Of a stretch of 64,000 nt of DNA, positions 50,787 through 60,611 are shown in pieces. The translations under genes and the position numbers were made by a program. A model generated the notes under the pieces. The model saw nothing but the letters and a program-made list of their open reading frames with translations. It was not told the origin of the DNA and did not search any database. The stretch is taken from positions 2,880,001 to 2,944,000 of the forward strand of contig OY730476.1 in the NCBI GenBank assembly GCA_963422735.1. Direction: 5' to 3'. The DNA is from Candidatus Latescibacterota bacterium (lineage in GTDB: Bacteria > Latescibacterota > UBA2968 > UBA8231). Within the stretch, counting starts at the first letter, position 1; each line of letters opens with the position of its first letter.

Positions 50787-53174
50787 TCAGGCCGTGCGGC
50801 GCTCGCGGATTTGCAGCAGGGCCGGCAGCAGGGTGACGGACGTGATGAAACAGAACCCTAAGCCCACCAGCGAGAGCACGCCTATCGACGTGAGCGCCGG
50901 ATGGATGGCCGGCACCAACCCCGAGAAGCCGACCATTGTCGTCAGCGACGTAGCCAACAGCGCGACCCCGGTCGTGCGCAACACCAATCGCAACGAGCCG
51001 CGACCGACTTCTTGGTAGCGGTGGAAGATGTGGACGCTATTGTCAACGCCCATGCCGATGATCGTCGGAAAGGCGACCATGTTGTAGAGATTGAGCTTGA
51101 TGTCAAACGCATACATGGAGCCCACGACCCACACCAACGCGTTCAAAAGCGGCGTGAGCACCAGCAGAGTATCGACGAAGCTCCGCAGGTCAATGAGCAG
51201 CATCACCGCGACGACCGCGAGCGTGAGGATCACGGCGAGAGAGCTGTCTTCGAGCATGACCTTGAGCATCTCGGCGACGATGATGTGCGAGCTAGAGGCT
51301 ATGTAGGTCTTGCCCGTCGGCGTTTCAATGTGGCTGATTTCCTCGGCAAAGCGGATGGCGTCTTTTCCATCCTTGAGCTCGACCGCGGCGTTGATCGCCA
51401 CGAAGTTGAGGATGTTGCCTTCCTTGTCCTTGAACTCGTTGGTCAAGTCTGCGGGCAGGTCGTAGAGCGTTAGCTTCTCCACGTCGAGGTACGGGCGCAG
51501 CGAGTCCAGTTTAGCCCGCTCGCTCTCGCTGAACAGGCCCTCTTCCCGGTCGAGCAAGTCGCGGATATCGGCGATAAGCGCCAGCTTGGCGTCTTGGGCT
51601 TGCGGGAGCGCGGAGTACACGCTCTTGACGCTGAGGACTGTAGAGGAGTCGCCGCGGGCGGCCTTGATGCGCTCGACCGTGCGAACCACCTCCATGGCCT
51701 CGTCGTAGCTTTCGGTCAGGACGATGGCCGGCGAGCGACCTTCCTTCAGGCTCTGGGGCAAGCTGCCCTTGTTCATGTTGGGCGGCGGCGCGGGCTTGAG
51801 CTTGCTGAAGTCGTATTCAAATTCCAAATCGCCGAGGTGGTACAGCGAGTACCCGGTGACCATAGCGCCTATCAGCAAGGTAGCCCAAGGCATTGGGTAG
51901 CGACCTGTGCGCCAGAGGACGCTTCTCTTGCGGATCGGGATGACCAACCGCAGGCGCTCGGCGAGGACGATGAAGGCCGGGCATATAGCGACCATGGCCA
52001 CCAGCGAAAAGAGGATGCCGGTGCCCACGATAAAGCCGAACTCCGAGAAGCCCTTAAAATCCGTCAACAGCAGCGAATAGAAGGCAACCGAGGTAGTAAA
52101 CGCCGTCGTCGTAAGGGCCTTGCCCGTGTGCCGGACGGTCACGGTCAGGGCCTGTTCGATGTCCATGCCTCGGCGTCGGGCCTCGCGGTAGCGGGCGAAG
52201 ATGTGAATGCCAAAGTCGATGCCCAGCCCAAAGAGAATGGCGAAAAGCCCTACGGTGATCATGTTGAGACTGCCGATGGCCAAGTAGGTGACGCCAAAAG
52301 TCCAAGTCAGGCTCATCAGCAGCGGCAAGGTGATAAAGAGCGAGCCAATCACTTGGCGGAAGAATAGTGTGATGAGCAGGAGTACGCCGACGGTGCTGTA
52401 CAAGGCCGTTGACTTGAGGTCTTGCACAATGATCGTGAATTGATTGGCGCTGTTGTGGAAACTGCCCTTGTACACGCATTCGATGCTGGGGTGGAAGCGC
52501 TCCGGGGCAATGGCGGCAATGGTCTGGTCGAGATGGTCGATCAAGGCCTGTGAGAAGGCGACATCCGTGGTAAGCCCGGCCGGATAGAGCCGGAGGATGA
52601 CGCCGTTGCCCTCTCGCGTAATGACGTACTGGCGGTATTGCTCTGCGACCACCGCACCGTCCTGCTGGTACTTGGCCTCGATATCCGAAAAGTCAAGAAC
52701 CTGCTCTTCCTCGTCGTCAAAGGCGAAGAAGAGCGGCGACTGCTTGAGCTTCTGTAGCTCTATGTGCTCGTCGAGGCGGCGGTTGATTTCCCGCAAGTCC
52801 CCTAAGTCCATGTAGAGAAGCTGATTTTTATCGAGGAGATCCTTTTTGCTGTCGAGGCGGCTCACCGAGCTAATAAGCGGGCTGTGTTCGAGCGAATCGG
52901 CCAAGACCAGCATGAAGGAAACGGCCGCGTCCAAATCGTCGCTGGTAATGACGACCATCAGCGGGCCGATGCCGCCGATGCGGGACTTGATGCGATTGAG
53001 TTCCCTGACGCTGACGTATTCGTCGGACAGGAGGTCGGCGAAATCGGTCTTGATGTTTTCGGCCAGCTTGGCGGCGAAAAACCCGGCAAATACCGACAGG
53101 ATCGTGGCCAGCGCGATTATGCCGATGTAGTGGTGGTAGATGTAGCGGACCAAGCGCTGGTGGCTTATGGGCAT
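50787..53174 (-). CDS. MMPL/RND family transporter (HpnN-like)
   Basis: Two TM halves with AILFGLGIDFGIHIFARYRE and IIGMGVDNSVHIFHRYQE; DFKGFSEFG. Confidence 0.9.
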   Translation of the reverse strand: MPISHQRLVRYIYHHYIGIIALATILSVFAGFFAAKLAENIKTDFADLLSDEYVSVRELNRIKSRIGGIGPLMVVITSDDLDAAVSFMLVLADSLEHSPLISSVSRLDSKKDLLDKNQLLYMDLGDLREINRRLDEHIELQKLKQSPLFFAFDDEEEQVLDFSDIEAKYQQDGAVVAEQYRQYVITREGNGVILRLYPAGLTTDVAFSQALIDHLDQTIAAIAPERFHPSIECVYKGSFHNSANQFTIIVQDLKSTALYSTVGVLLLITLFFRQVIGSLFITLPLLMSLTWTFGVTYLAIGSLNMITVGLFAILFGLGIDFGIHIFARYREARRRGMDIEQALTVTVRHTGKALTTTAFTTSVAFYSLLLTDFKGFSEFGFIVGTGILFSLVAMVAICPAFIVLAERLRLVIPIRKRSVLWRTGRYPMPWATLLIGAMVTGYSLYHLGDLEFEYDFSKLKPAPPPNMNKGSLPQSLKEGRSPAIVLTESYDEAMEVVRTVERIKAARGDSSTVLSVKSVYSALPQAQDAKLALIADIRDLLDREEGLFSESERAKLDSLRPYLDVEKLTLYDLPADLTNEFKDKEGNILNFVAINAAVELKDGKDAIRFAEEISHIETPTGKTYIASSSHIIVAEMLKVMLEDSSLAVILTLAVVAVMLLIDLRSFVDTLLVLTPLLNALVWVVGSMYAFDIKLNLYNMVAFPTIIGMGVDNSVHIFHRYQEVGRGSLRLVLRTTGVALLATSLTTMVGFSGLVPAIHPALTSIGVLSLVGLGFCFITSVTLLPALLQIRERRTA

Positions 53175-53183
53175 GGCGGAGGG

Positions 53184-53819
53184 TTAATCCCGGGTTGCAC
53201 CGCCTGAAGGCGGCGAGAGAATCGCTTCGCGCAGGCGGGCCAATTGCTTGTCGAGCTGGGCGATGAGCTTCCCGTAGCCATTTTTCTCGATGTAGCGGGC
53301 ATAGCGCCGCCTGTTGCCCTCAGCGGTGCTGACGCCGTCGATGACCAAGTCGTATATCCGCCACAAACCCTCCACCCGATGGAGCTTGTATTCGATCTCT
53401 ATTTGCTCATCCCGCACGGGTGCCAGCGCTTGGACGATGGCTGCGTCTCCTTGCACCTCGGCCGACTCGTAGCGGATCTCGCCCTCGCGATAGTAGCGAG
53501 AGAAGCTGGAGAAATTCTGCTCGCGAATGATGCTGCTGAAGGTCTCGGCGAAGTGATCGCGCTCGGCCGGGGAGCGCTCTTCCCAGTGATCACCCAAGGC
53601 GAGTCGGCTCAATTCCCGGAAGTCGAAGGCCGCGTTGATGTGCTTCTTGATCTCTTCCCGCACGGCCGCAAGCAGCGAGTCGGCTGGCGCTTCGGCGAGG
53701 ATGGCCTGCACCTCGGCGTCGTGGTCCTTGAGGAAGGCGATGGGATCGTCCTCTGCAGCCGCGCTGGCAGCCGTCGCGGCGCAGAGAGCAGCCCACGCGG
53801 CGCACCATACCATTTTCAT
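53184..53819 (-). CDS. MlaC/Ttg2D (HpnM-like) periplasmic lipid-binding protein
   Basis: Signal peptide; FDFRELSRLALGDHW; IEYKL...WRIYDLVIDGVS. Confidence 0.88.
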   Translation of the reverse strand: MKMVWCAAWAALCAATAASAAAEDDPIAFLKDHDAEVQAILAEAPADSLLAAVREEIKKHINAAFDFRELSRLALGDHWEERSPAERDHFAETFSSIIREQNFSSFSRYYREGEIRYESAEVQGDAAIVQALAPVRDEQIEIEYKLHRVEGLWRIYDLVIDGVSTAEGNRRRYARYIEKNGYGKLIAQLDKQLARLREAILSPPSGGATRD

Positions 53820-55096
53820 TGTGCCTTCTCCTCTGCGTACGCGCCGTTGGAGACGGGAAGTCCACCGCAGTGGTTGATGACGCGCCCATCGTCAAAGGCT
53901 TGGCGCGTCCAGACTCGTAGGTCTGCGTAGTACGCTTCGGCGTACGAACCGGTCGAGTTGGCGTCTGTGAGCAGCCCCAAGCCGATGGTGCGCTCGGCCG
54001 GCTGACCGCCGAGTTTTTCGCGGTGGTGCTTCTCCAAGTCAACGACCTCAAAGGTCCATTTGCCCAAGTTGGTCGAGCCGCTTTCGACGACGAAGAACCA
54101 AGGCCGGAAGATCTTGTCGCGCCGCCCCACCGTGCCTTCGGGCAAGGTTGTGCTCCACACGTATTTGAGCTGTTTGGGGACCCCCAGCCAATTCTTGGAG
54201 AAGATGACGTACACGCCGGCCGCGCTGTCGTTGGCGTCGTCGAGGAACTCGTTGCCGCCCAGCGGCAAAGCCGCGGCCCGCCAGCACCAAGTCATAATCG
54301 GGTACTGGCGGGGATTCCAGTGGACGAATTTTCCCACGATAACCGAATGGCTCGAATCGCGCGCCGCCATGTAGCGCCGAGGGCGGCCCTCTACGCGGTA
54401 GAGCACGGGTTTGCGGCGGTCTTTTTTTTTCCAAGGTCCCCAGTCCATGGGCTGCGACCCGTCCCAAGTGGCGGCGAAGTCCTCGAGGACGACGAACTCG
54501 CGCTCGGCGAGGTGGGCCTCCATCACCGGCGGCGAATGGCGGCTGTCGATCAGCGACTGGTAGCGACGTCGATAGTAGCTGGAGACGGGCTGGCCGCCGA
54601 TCTTCAACTCGGCGATTTTCCAAGTTCCGGCTGCAAGAATCAAGTCGGCCTCCACGCCGAGCGAGCGAGTGGCAAATAACGCGCGAAGCTGCGCACGGCC
54701 CCGCCGACCATTCACTTCGAGGCTATCCAAGCGCAAGCCGCGCAAGTCCGGGGAAGTAAGCTGGGCGGCCAAGTCGGCACTGAGGCGATGCTGGTAGGCC
54801 CTAGCCAGTCGGCTGCGATAGTGCTCGACGAGGTGTGTAAAACGCGGGATGGATAGCAGGCTCCGGTATGAGTTCAGCGACTTTTCGGGATAGTCGCCAA
54901 AGGTCGTCGCGGCAAATTCCTCCAAGGCCAAGTGCTCGCTCACTAAGCGTTCAGCCGCGCCGGCGCTCTCGCGGTTAGGGGCCTCTAGCAGCGCGTTCAG
55001 CCGCGCCACGGCCCCCGTCGCCCAAGCCGCGTCGGCTCCGCTGTCGCCCGGGCCGACCAAGGCCAGTAGCAGAGCCGCGCTAAGGAAACGTTTCAT
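53816..55096 (-). CDS. MlaC-like domain fused to a DUF3047 domain
   Basis: N-terminal half ends WKIAELKIGG..VSSYYRRRY (MlaC-like). C-terminal half has W.WR...P, DSAAGVYVIF, LKYVWS, VVESG, IGLGLLTDAN (DUF3047). Confidence 0.75.
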   Translation of the reverse strand: MKRFLSAALLLALVGPGDSGADAAWATGAVARLNALLEAPNRESAGAAERLVSEHLALEEFAATTFGDYPEKSLNSYRSLLSIPRFTHLVEHYRSRLARAYQHRLSADLAAQLTSPDLRGLRLDSLEVNGRRGRAQLRALFATRSLGVEADLILAAGTWKIAELKIGGQPVSSYYRRRYQSLIDSRHSPPVMEAHLAEREFVVLEDFAATWDGSQPMDWGPWKKKDRRKPVLYRVEGRPRRYMAARDSSHSVIVGKFVHWNPRQYPIMTWCWRAAALPLGGNEFLDDANDSAAGVYVIFSKNWLGVPKQLKYVWSTTLPEGTVGRRDKIFRPWFFVVESGSTNLGKWTFEVVDLEKHHREKLGGQPAERTIGLGLLTDANSTGSYAEAYYADLRVWTRQAFDDGRVINHCGGLPVSNGAYAEEKAQ

Positions 55097-56447
55097 CGCG
55101 TGGGATTAGTTCGAGACCGCCCGTGGCTTTTTCGAGGCGGGCGACGCTGATGTTAAAGTCGTAAAGGGTTTCGCCGTAGCCTTGTTCGCGGCGGGCCCAA
55201 GCCTCAAAGGCGGCGATCAATTCGCCGATGGTCTGCGGGTCGAACTCAAAATCGTCTCGGGCTTCCCGCAGCCACTGCCGGGCCAATTGCCGGCTCTTGC
55301 GCGCGTCTTGCAAATCGCGGTCGGCGCGGCGATAGTCCAAATAGGCGCGGTGGACATCTAAGCGGAGCCCCTCCTGCACACCCGGTACGCGCGCTTCGAG
55401 TGCGCGGTATTCAGCGCGGGCCCTATCTACATCCGCTGCCAACAAGTGCCATTCCAAGGATTGCTGCACTCCGATGAAGACGCCGCCGTTAAAAAAATTG
55501 AACTCATCTTTGACAAATGGGTTCCGCTGGTCGGTGCGCCCAGGGGCCACGGCGTAGCGCAAGCCACCGCCGATGAACACTTGGGGCTGGTACGCGGCGC
55601 GGGCAGCTTGCGCGAGGGCCTGTTTGGCGGCGAGGCCCGCTTGCAGCTTGCGCCATTCCGGTCGCCGGCCGACGGCCTGTGCGACTAGCGCGTCTAAGGG
55701 CGGGATCGAGGCCGCCACCGGCGCGAGTCGCTCGGCCCGGAGCAGGAGCGGCCCATCGCTAGGCAGGCCCGTGCGCCAAGCCAGCGCAGCCCGCGCCAAG
55801 GCCAATTGGTCGCCGACCTCGCGCTGCTGCTTGGCCAAGTCGAGCTGGGCCAGCCGCAGCCTGTAGTGGTCGGACGGCGAGAGCGCGGGATCGTCGTCTA
55901 GTTCCTCGGCCCTGCTGGCTAGCTCATCGCTCACGCGCAGCACCAAGGCGTTTAGATCTTGTGCCAACAGCAGTCCGTAGTACAGTTCCTTGACGGCAAA
56001 GGACACGTCCAACTGGGTCTGCAACAGGTCGGACTGCTCCACATTGACCCCCCAAGTGGCGGCTTCGTCTAAATGGCGGCCGAGGCTAAAGGGATAGAGC
56101 GGCTGCACAAATTGCAGCTCGGCGCGCACAAAAGGCCCCAAGGATGGGATGCCCGTGGTATCGGCGGGCGGGCTGAACACACTGCCCATAGCGTCTGGGA
56201 CTATGCCGCTTTCGCTGTCGATGCGCAGGCGGGGAAGGATCTTGGCGGCCGCAGCTTGGCGGCGACGGGCCGCGGCCGACTCGACCTTCCAACGGCCGCT
56301 CGCAACATCGCCATCGCGCTCCAAGGCGCGGTCGATAAGCTCAGGTAGCGTCCAGCGTTTGTCGGGCATTTGGGCGCGGGCCGGGGGGGTGGGCAAGCAG
56401 ATGGCGAGGCCCCAAACCCCTAGCCACAAGGGGGCGCAAATTTGCAT
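55080..56447 (-). CDS. TolC family outer membrane protein
   Basis: Signal peptide; two OEP repeats (VKELYYGLL, AARAAYQP, VHRAYLDY, ARLEKATG). Confidence 0.88.
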   Translation of the reverse strand: MQICAPLWLGVWGLAICLPTPPARAQMPDKRWTLPELIDRALERDGDVASGRWKVESAAARRRQAAAAKILPRLRIDSESGIVPDAMGSVFSPPADTTGIPSLGPFVRAELQFVQPLYPFSLGRHLDEAATWGVNVEQSDLLQTQLDVSFAVKELYYGLLLAQDLNALVLRVSDELASRAEELDDDPALSPSDHYRLRLAQLDLAKQQREVGDQLALARAALAWRTGLPSDGPLLLRAERLAPVAASIPPLDALVAQAVGRRPEWRKLQAGLAAKQALAQAARAAYQPQVFIGGGLRYAVAPGRTDQRNPFVKDEFNFFNGGVFIGVQQSLEWHLLAADVDRARAEYRALEARVPGVQEGLRLDVHRAYLDYRRADRDLQDARKSRQLARQWLREARDDFEFDPQTIGELIAAFEAWARREQGYGETLYDFNISVARLEKATGGLELIPRDETFP

Positions 56448-56538
56448 GCCAGTGGGAAATCTCAGTGGCGGAAGAGGCGGAATTCGCGGTGACAGTGCAG
56501 GTCCGTCATTTTTATAACTTGTTAAAAATAGTTAAGTT

Positions 56539-56567
56539 AATATACAGACTAAGCGATTTATCGTCAA
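56539..56567 (-). promoter_or_regulatory. Sigma70-type promoter of the TolC-MMPL operon
   Basis: On the minus strand: TTGACG-17 bp-TATATT. Confidence 0.6.
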
Positions 56568-56662
56568 CGCTCTAGCCCGTCTGCTTCTTGGACTGTACAA
56601 CACCCAAACACTGTGTTTTATGCACCCATGTCTTCTTTGAAATGTTCGAATAGGCGGGCGCA

Positions 56663-59422
56663 ATGCAGCCGACTTTAGTCGTCCGGGAAGCCTGCGAACA
56701 TAACCTGCGCGCCGTCTCCTTAGACCTGCCCCACGAATCCCTTGTGGCCGTCAGCGGTCCGTCCGGGTCGGGCAAAACTTCCCTCGTATTAGACACGATT
56801 TACGCCGAGGCGCGCCGGCGCTTTCTCGCGGCGCTGGACCAGGGCGGCGGCTGGCGCACATTGCGCGTACCCAAAGCCAGCCGCATTGACGGCTTGGCCC
56901 CCGCACTCGCACTAGCCGGGGGAGTCGGCCACCAGAGTCCGCGGGCCACGGTGGCGACTCTGTCCGGCTTGTACGATCTGTTACGCCTGCTCTTTGCCCG
57001 CGTCGGTCGGCCCAGTTGCCTTCACTGCGGCGGGCGGGTGCAGACGCATCGCTTTGAAGAGGCAAACGAAGCGGCTGCGAGCATGCCGGCCGGAACCCGC
57101 CTGATGGTTCTCGCACCGCGCCGGCGGCGGGAGGACGAGACGCCCGAGCAGATACTCGCCGCGATTGATCGCGCCGGTTACCGCCATGTGCGCCTCGACG
57201 GACAAGACCTGCTACTGGAGGAAATCGCGCCCGAGCGCGTCGCCCGCGCTCAGCACTTGTCCGTGGTCGTCGATCGCCTCGTCGTCAAAAAGGGCATCAC
57301 GCGCCGCTTGCAAGGGTCGCTGCAAGCGGCCTTGGAGGCGGGCGACGGCCAAGTGGTGCTTTCCACCCCAGACGCAGGCAGCGATCTAGTTTTTGCAGTG
57401 CGACCAGCGTGCGCGGCCTGTGGCGCGCCCTTCCCGGCCCTAGAATCCGCGCTGTTTTCCTTTAATAGCGCGGCCGGAGCCTGCGCGGCGTGCCGGGGCC
57501 TCGGAGTGCAGCGCGGCTTGAGCAGCGAGCAGGTCTTCTCTAGTGGACGGGCTACGCTCGAAGGGGCACTCGGTCCCCTGTGGCACGACTTTGGGCACGG
57601 CGATTTGCGCGACCGCTTGCAAGCCTTCTGTCGGCGGCACCAAGTCTATCCTGAACAACCCGTGGGAGACTGGCCGGGCCAAGCGGCCGAACGGCTGTGG
57701 CGCGGCGAGGGCCGGCGGGGCCGGTTTCTCGGGATGGCGCACTGGCTGGAGCGCGTCGGCGCCAAAGCCGAAGGAGAGGAATTGGCTTGGCTGGAGGAAC
57801 GCCTCGACGACGCGCCATGCCCTAGCTGCAGTGGGGCGCGCTTGCGGCCCGAATCCCTCGCGGTAGAATTGGGCGGGGCGTCGATTGCCGCGGTCGGCGA
57901 GTGCGCGGTCGTCGCGGCGGCCGAGTGGCTCGGGAGTCTCGATTTCCCCGCGGCTATAGCCCCTGTAGGTGAGGCCATCCGCGCCCAGATTAGCCGCAGG
58001 CTGACCCTGTTGCAAGAACTGGGGCTGGAGTACCTGCAACTGAACCGCCGCGCCGACACCCTGTCGAGTGGGGAGTTTCAACGGCTCCGCCTCGGGTCCG
58101 CCCTGTCGTCGGGCACCACGCAGATGCTCTATGTGCTCGACGAACCCAGCACCGGTTTGCACGCGCGCGACGCTGCCCAGCTCTTGGACGCGCTCAGGGG
58201 ACTGCGCGACGCTGGGAACTCCGTGTTCCTAATAGAACACGACGCGGCCCTTTTGCGCGGGGCCGACTGGCTGGTCGATATGGGGCCGGGCGCGGGGATC
58301 GCCGGCGGGCAAATCGCGGCCGAGGGCACGCCGAGCGAGGTGGCAGCGGCCGGGTCTTTGACCGGACGCTATCTGCGCGGGGCACTGCAATTGCCGCGCA
58401 CCCGAGCGCGCCAGCCACAGGGGTGGTTGGTATTATCCGGTGCCCGCGGCCACAACTTGCGCCAACTCGAAGTGAAATGGCCGTTGGGGACCTTGACTTG
58501 CGTGACCGGGGTTTCCGGGTCGGGCAAAAGCTCGCTGGTCAGCCACACCCTGCATCCGCTCTTGGCGGCCAAACTGCACAGCGCCCAGCGGCGACCCCTG
58601 CCCTATAGTTCTTGCGCTGGAATCGAACAGGTGGCGCGCGTCGTCGCGGTTGATCAGCGGCCCATCGGCCGCACCGCGCGCTCAAATGCAGCGACCTACA
58701 CCGGGTTGCTAGCACCGATTCGCCGCCTGTTCGCCGACCTGTCCGAAGCCCGCCTACGGGGCTACCGGCCGGCGCACTTTAGCTTCAACGCTCCAGAGGG
58801 AGCCTGCGACCTGTGCAAGGGCCGGGGGACGCACAGCATGCGCCGGAGCACCTTCGACGATCTCGAAGTCGTCTGCCCCTCTTGCAGCGGCCGGCGCTAC
58901 CGGGCCGAGGTCTTGGACGTGTGTTTCCGCCAGCACCACATCGCCGGAGTGCTGGAGATGAGCGTGGCCGCGGCGAGTGCGCTTTTTGCGGCCGTGCCCC
59001 AAGTCGCGCAGCGGCTAGAGACCCTCGCGGAAGTGGGCTTGGGGTATTTGCACCTCGGCCAGCCGGCGACCAGTTTTTCCGGCGGAGAGGCACAGCGGGT
59101 TAAGCTGGCGGCCGAACTGGGCCGCTCGCGCCAAGATCACGCGCTCTACATACTCGACGAACCGACCGCGGGCCTGCACTTGGAGGATGTGCGCTTGCTG
59201 CTCGCGCTCTTGCAGCGCTTAGTTGACGAAGGCAATACCGTAGTGGTGGTTGAACACCACATCGAATTCATAGCGGCCGCCGACTGGGTTATCGACTTGG
59301 GGCCAGAAGGCGGACAAGCCGGTGGGGCGATCGCGGCTTGCGGCCGCCCCGAGGAAGTGGCCGGCGCGGCCGGCTCCCACACGGGTGCATACTTGCAGCA
59401 GTTGTTTGCCGCGCAGGGTTGA
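56663..59422 (+). CDS. uvrA: Excinuclease ABC subunit A homologue (divergent)
   Basis: HNL; two Walker A motifs (GPSGSGKT, GVSGSGKS); CxxC zinc modules; LSSGEFQR and FSGGEAQR; LDEP. Confidence 0.88.
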   Translation: MQPTLVVREACEHNLRAVSLDLPHESLVAVSGPSGSGKTSLVLDTIYAEARRRFLAALDQGGGWRTLRVPKASRIDGLAPALALAGGVGHQSPRATVATLSGLYDLLRLLFARVGRPSCLHCGGRVQTHRFEEANEAAASMPAGTRLMVLAPRRRREDETPEQILAAIDRAGYRHVRLDGQDLLLEEIAPERVARAQHLSVVVDRLVVKKGITRRLQGSLQAALEAGDGQVVLSTPDAGSDLVFAVRPACAACGAPFPALESALFSFNSAAGACAACRGLGVQRGLSSEQVFSSGRATLEGALGPLWHDFGHGDLRDRLQAFCRRHQVYPEQPVGDWPGQAAERLWRGEGRRGRFLGMAHWLERVGAKAEGEELAWLEERLDDAPCPSCSGARLRPESLAVELGGASIAAVGECAVVAAAEWLGSLDFPAAIAPVGEAIRAQISRRLTLLQELGLEYLQLNRRADTLSSGEFQRLRLGSALSSGTTQMLYVLDEPSTGLHARDAAQLLDALRGLRDAGNSVFLIEHDAALLRGADWLVDMGPGAGIAGGQIAAEGTPSEVAAAGSLTGRYLRGALQLPRTRARQPQGWLVLSGARGHNLRQLEVKWPLGTLTCVTGVSGSGKSSLVSHTLHPLLAAKLHSAQRRPLPYSSCAGIEQVARVVAVDQRPIGRTARSNAATYTGLLAPIRRLFADLSEARLRGYRPAHFSFNAPEGACDLCKGRGTHSMRRSTFDDLEVVCPSCSGRRYRAEVLDVCFRQHHIAGVLEMSVAAASALFAAVPQVAQRLETLAEVGLGYLHLGQPATSFSGGEAQRVKLAAELGRSRQDHALYILDEPTAGLHLEDVRLLLALLQRLVDEGNTVVVVEHHIEFIAAADWVIDLGPEGGQAGGAIAACGRPEEVAGAAGSHTGAYLQQLFAAQG

Positions 59423-59441
59423 GCGATTGAGGAGACTTTCA

Positions 59442-60611
59442 TTGGACATACAAAAAATACAAGCCTATATGCAGCAGGAGGGGATCGGCGCTTGGTTGGT
59501 GTGCGATTTTCGCGGCGGCAATCCGGTCTTGTGGCAGCTTTTGGGCCAGCGACGGCAGACGACCCGGCGCGTCTTTCTCGTAGTACCGGCTGCGGGCGCA
59601 CCGCGCCTGCTCGGCTCGGCGGTCGAGCCGAAGGCCCTCGCTGGGCTGGGCGTGGAGATCGCTCATTACGCTAGCTGGGAACAGCTACATGCCCTGTTGA
59701 GCGATGCAGTGGAGGGGCTGCCGCGGGTGGCTATGGAGTACTGGCCCGGGGGCGCACTGCCCACGGTGTCTTGGGTCGATGGCGGCACCTTAGATCTGGT
59801 GCGATCTCTCGGCCCCGAGGTGGTGTCTTCGGCCAATCTGTGCCAAGTCGCCTTGGCCACTTGGAGCGCGGACGCGCTTGCCTCGCACCGCGACGCCTGC
59901 CGCCAAGTAGCCGCAGTCAAGGACGCAGCCTTTGAGTATATACGCCGCCGGCTCCGCACTGGCCTCACCGAATTCGACGTCCAAGCGTTCATCGTCGCCG
60001 AACTGGAGCGGCGTGGCCTCGACATCGGGCATCCGCCGATCGTCGGCGTCAATCGCAACAGCGGCAATCCGCACTACGAGCCGTGCGCGGACACTGCCGC
60101 TTCCGTTGAGCCGGGTGCTTGGATCCTCATTGACCTGTGGGCGCGTCATCCCGGCGATCAGCACGTGTTTGGCGACATAACTTGGGTCGCCTTTGCCGGT
60201 CCACGCGTGCCAGCGGTTCACGCCGAGGTCTTTGCCGCGGTGCGCGAAGCACGCGATCAAGTGCTAGCGCATCTCGACGCCGCGTGGCGCGCTGGCGACA
60301 TGCTACAGGGCTGGCAGCTCGACCGAGTGGCGCGCCAAGCCATGACAAGACGCGGCTTGGGCGAGCAGTTCGTCCACCGCACCGGGCACAGCCTCGGCCC
60401 GGGACCGAGCATCCACGGGCTAGGCGTGAACCTCGACGACCTAGAGACCCACGATGCGCGGTCGATCCTGCCGGGCACGGGCTTTTCCGTGGAGCCGGGC
60501 GCGTATCTGCCGGAGTTCGGCGTACGGCTCGAAGTCAATGTGTACGTGGATCCAGAGACTGGACCGGAAGTTACGACCCCCATCCAAAACGAAGTCATCC
60601 TCTTGCTTTGA
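59442..60611 (+). CDS. M24 family (Xaa-Pro) aminopeptidase
   Basis: NPHY, LIDLW, GDITW, HRTGHSLG, FSVEPG, VRLE. TTG start with GAGGAG RBS. Confidence 0.9.
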   Translation: MDIQKIQAYMQQEGIGAWLVCDFRGGNPVLWQLLGQRRQTTRRVFLVVPAAGAPRLLGSAVEPKALAGLGVEIAHYASWEQLHALLSDAVEGLPRVAMEYWPGGALPTVSWVDGGTLDLVRSLGPEVVSSANLCQVALATWSADALASHRDACRQVAAVKDAAFEYIRRRLRTGLTEFDVQAFIVAELERRGLDIGHPPIVGVNRNSGNPHYEPCADTAASVEPGAWILIDLWARHPGDQHVFGDITWVAFAGPRVPAVHAEVFAAVREARDQVLAHLDAAWRAGDMLQGWQLDRVARQAMTRRGLGEQFVHRTGHSLGPGPSIHGLGVNLDDLETHDARSILPGTGFSVEPGAYLPEFGVRLEVNVYVDPETGPEVTTPIQNEVILLL

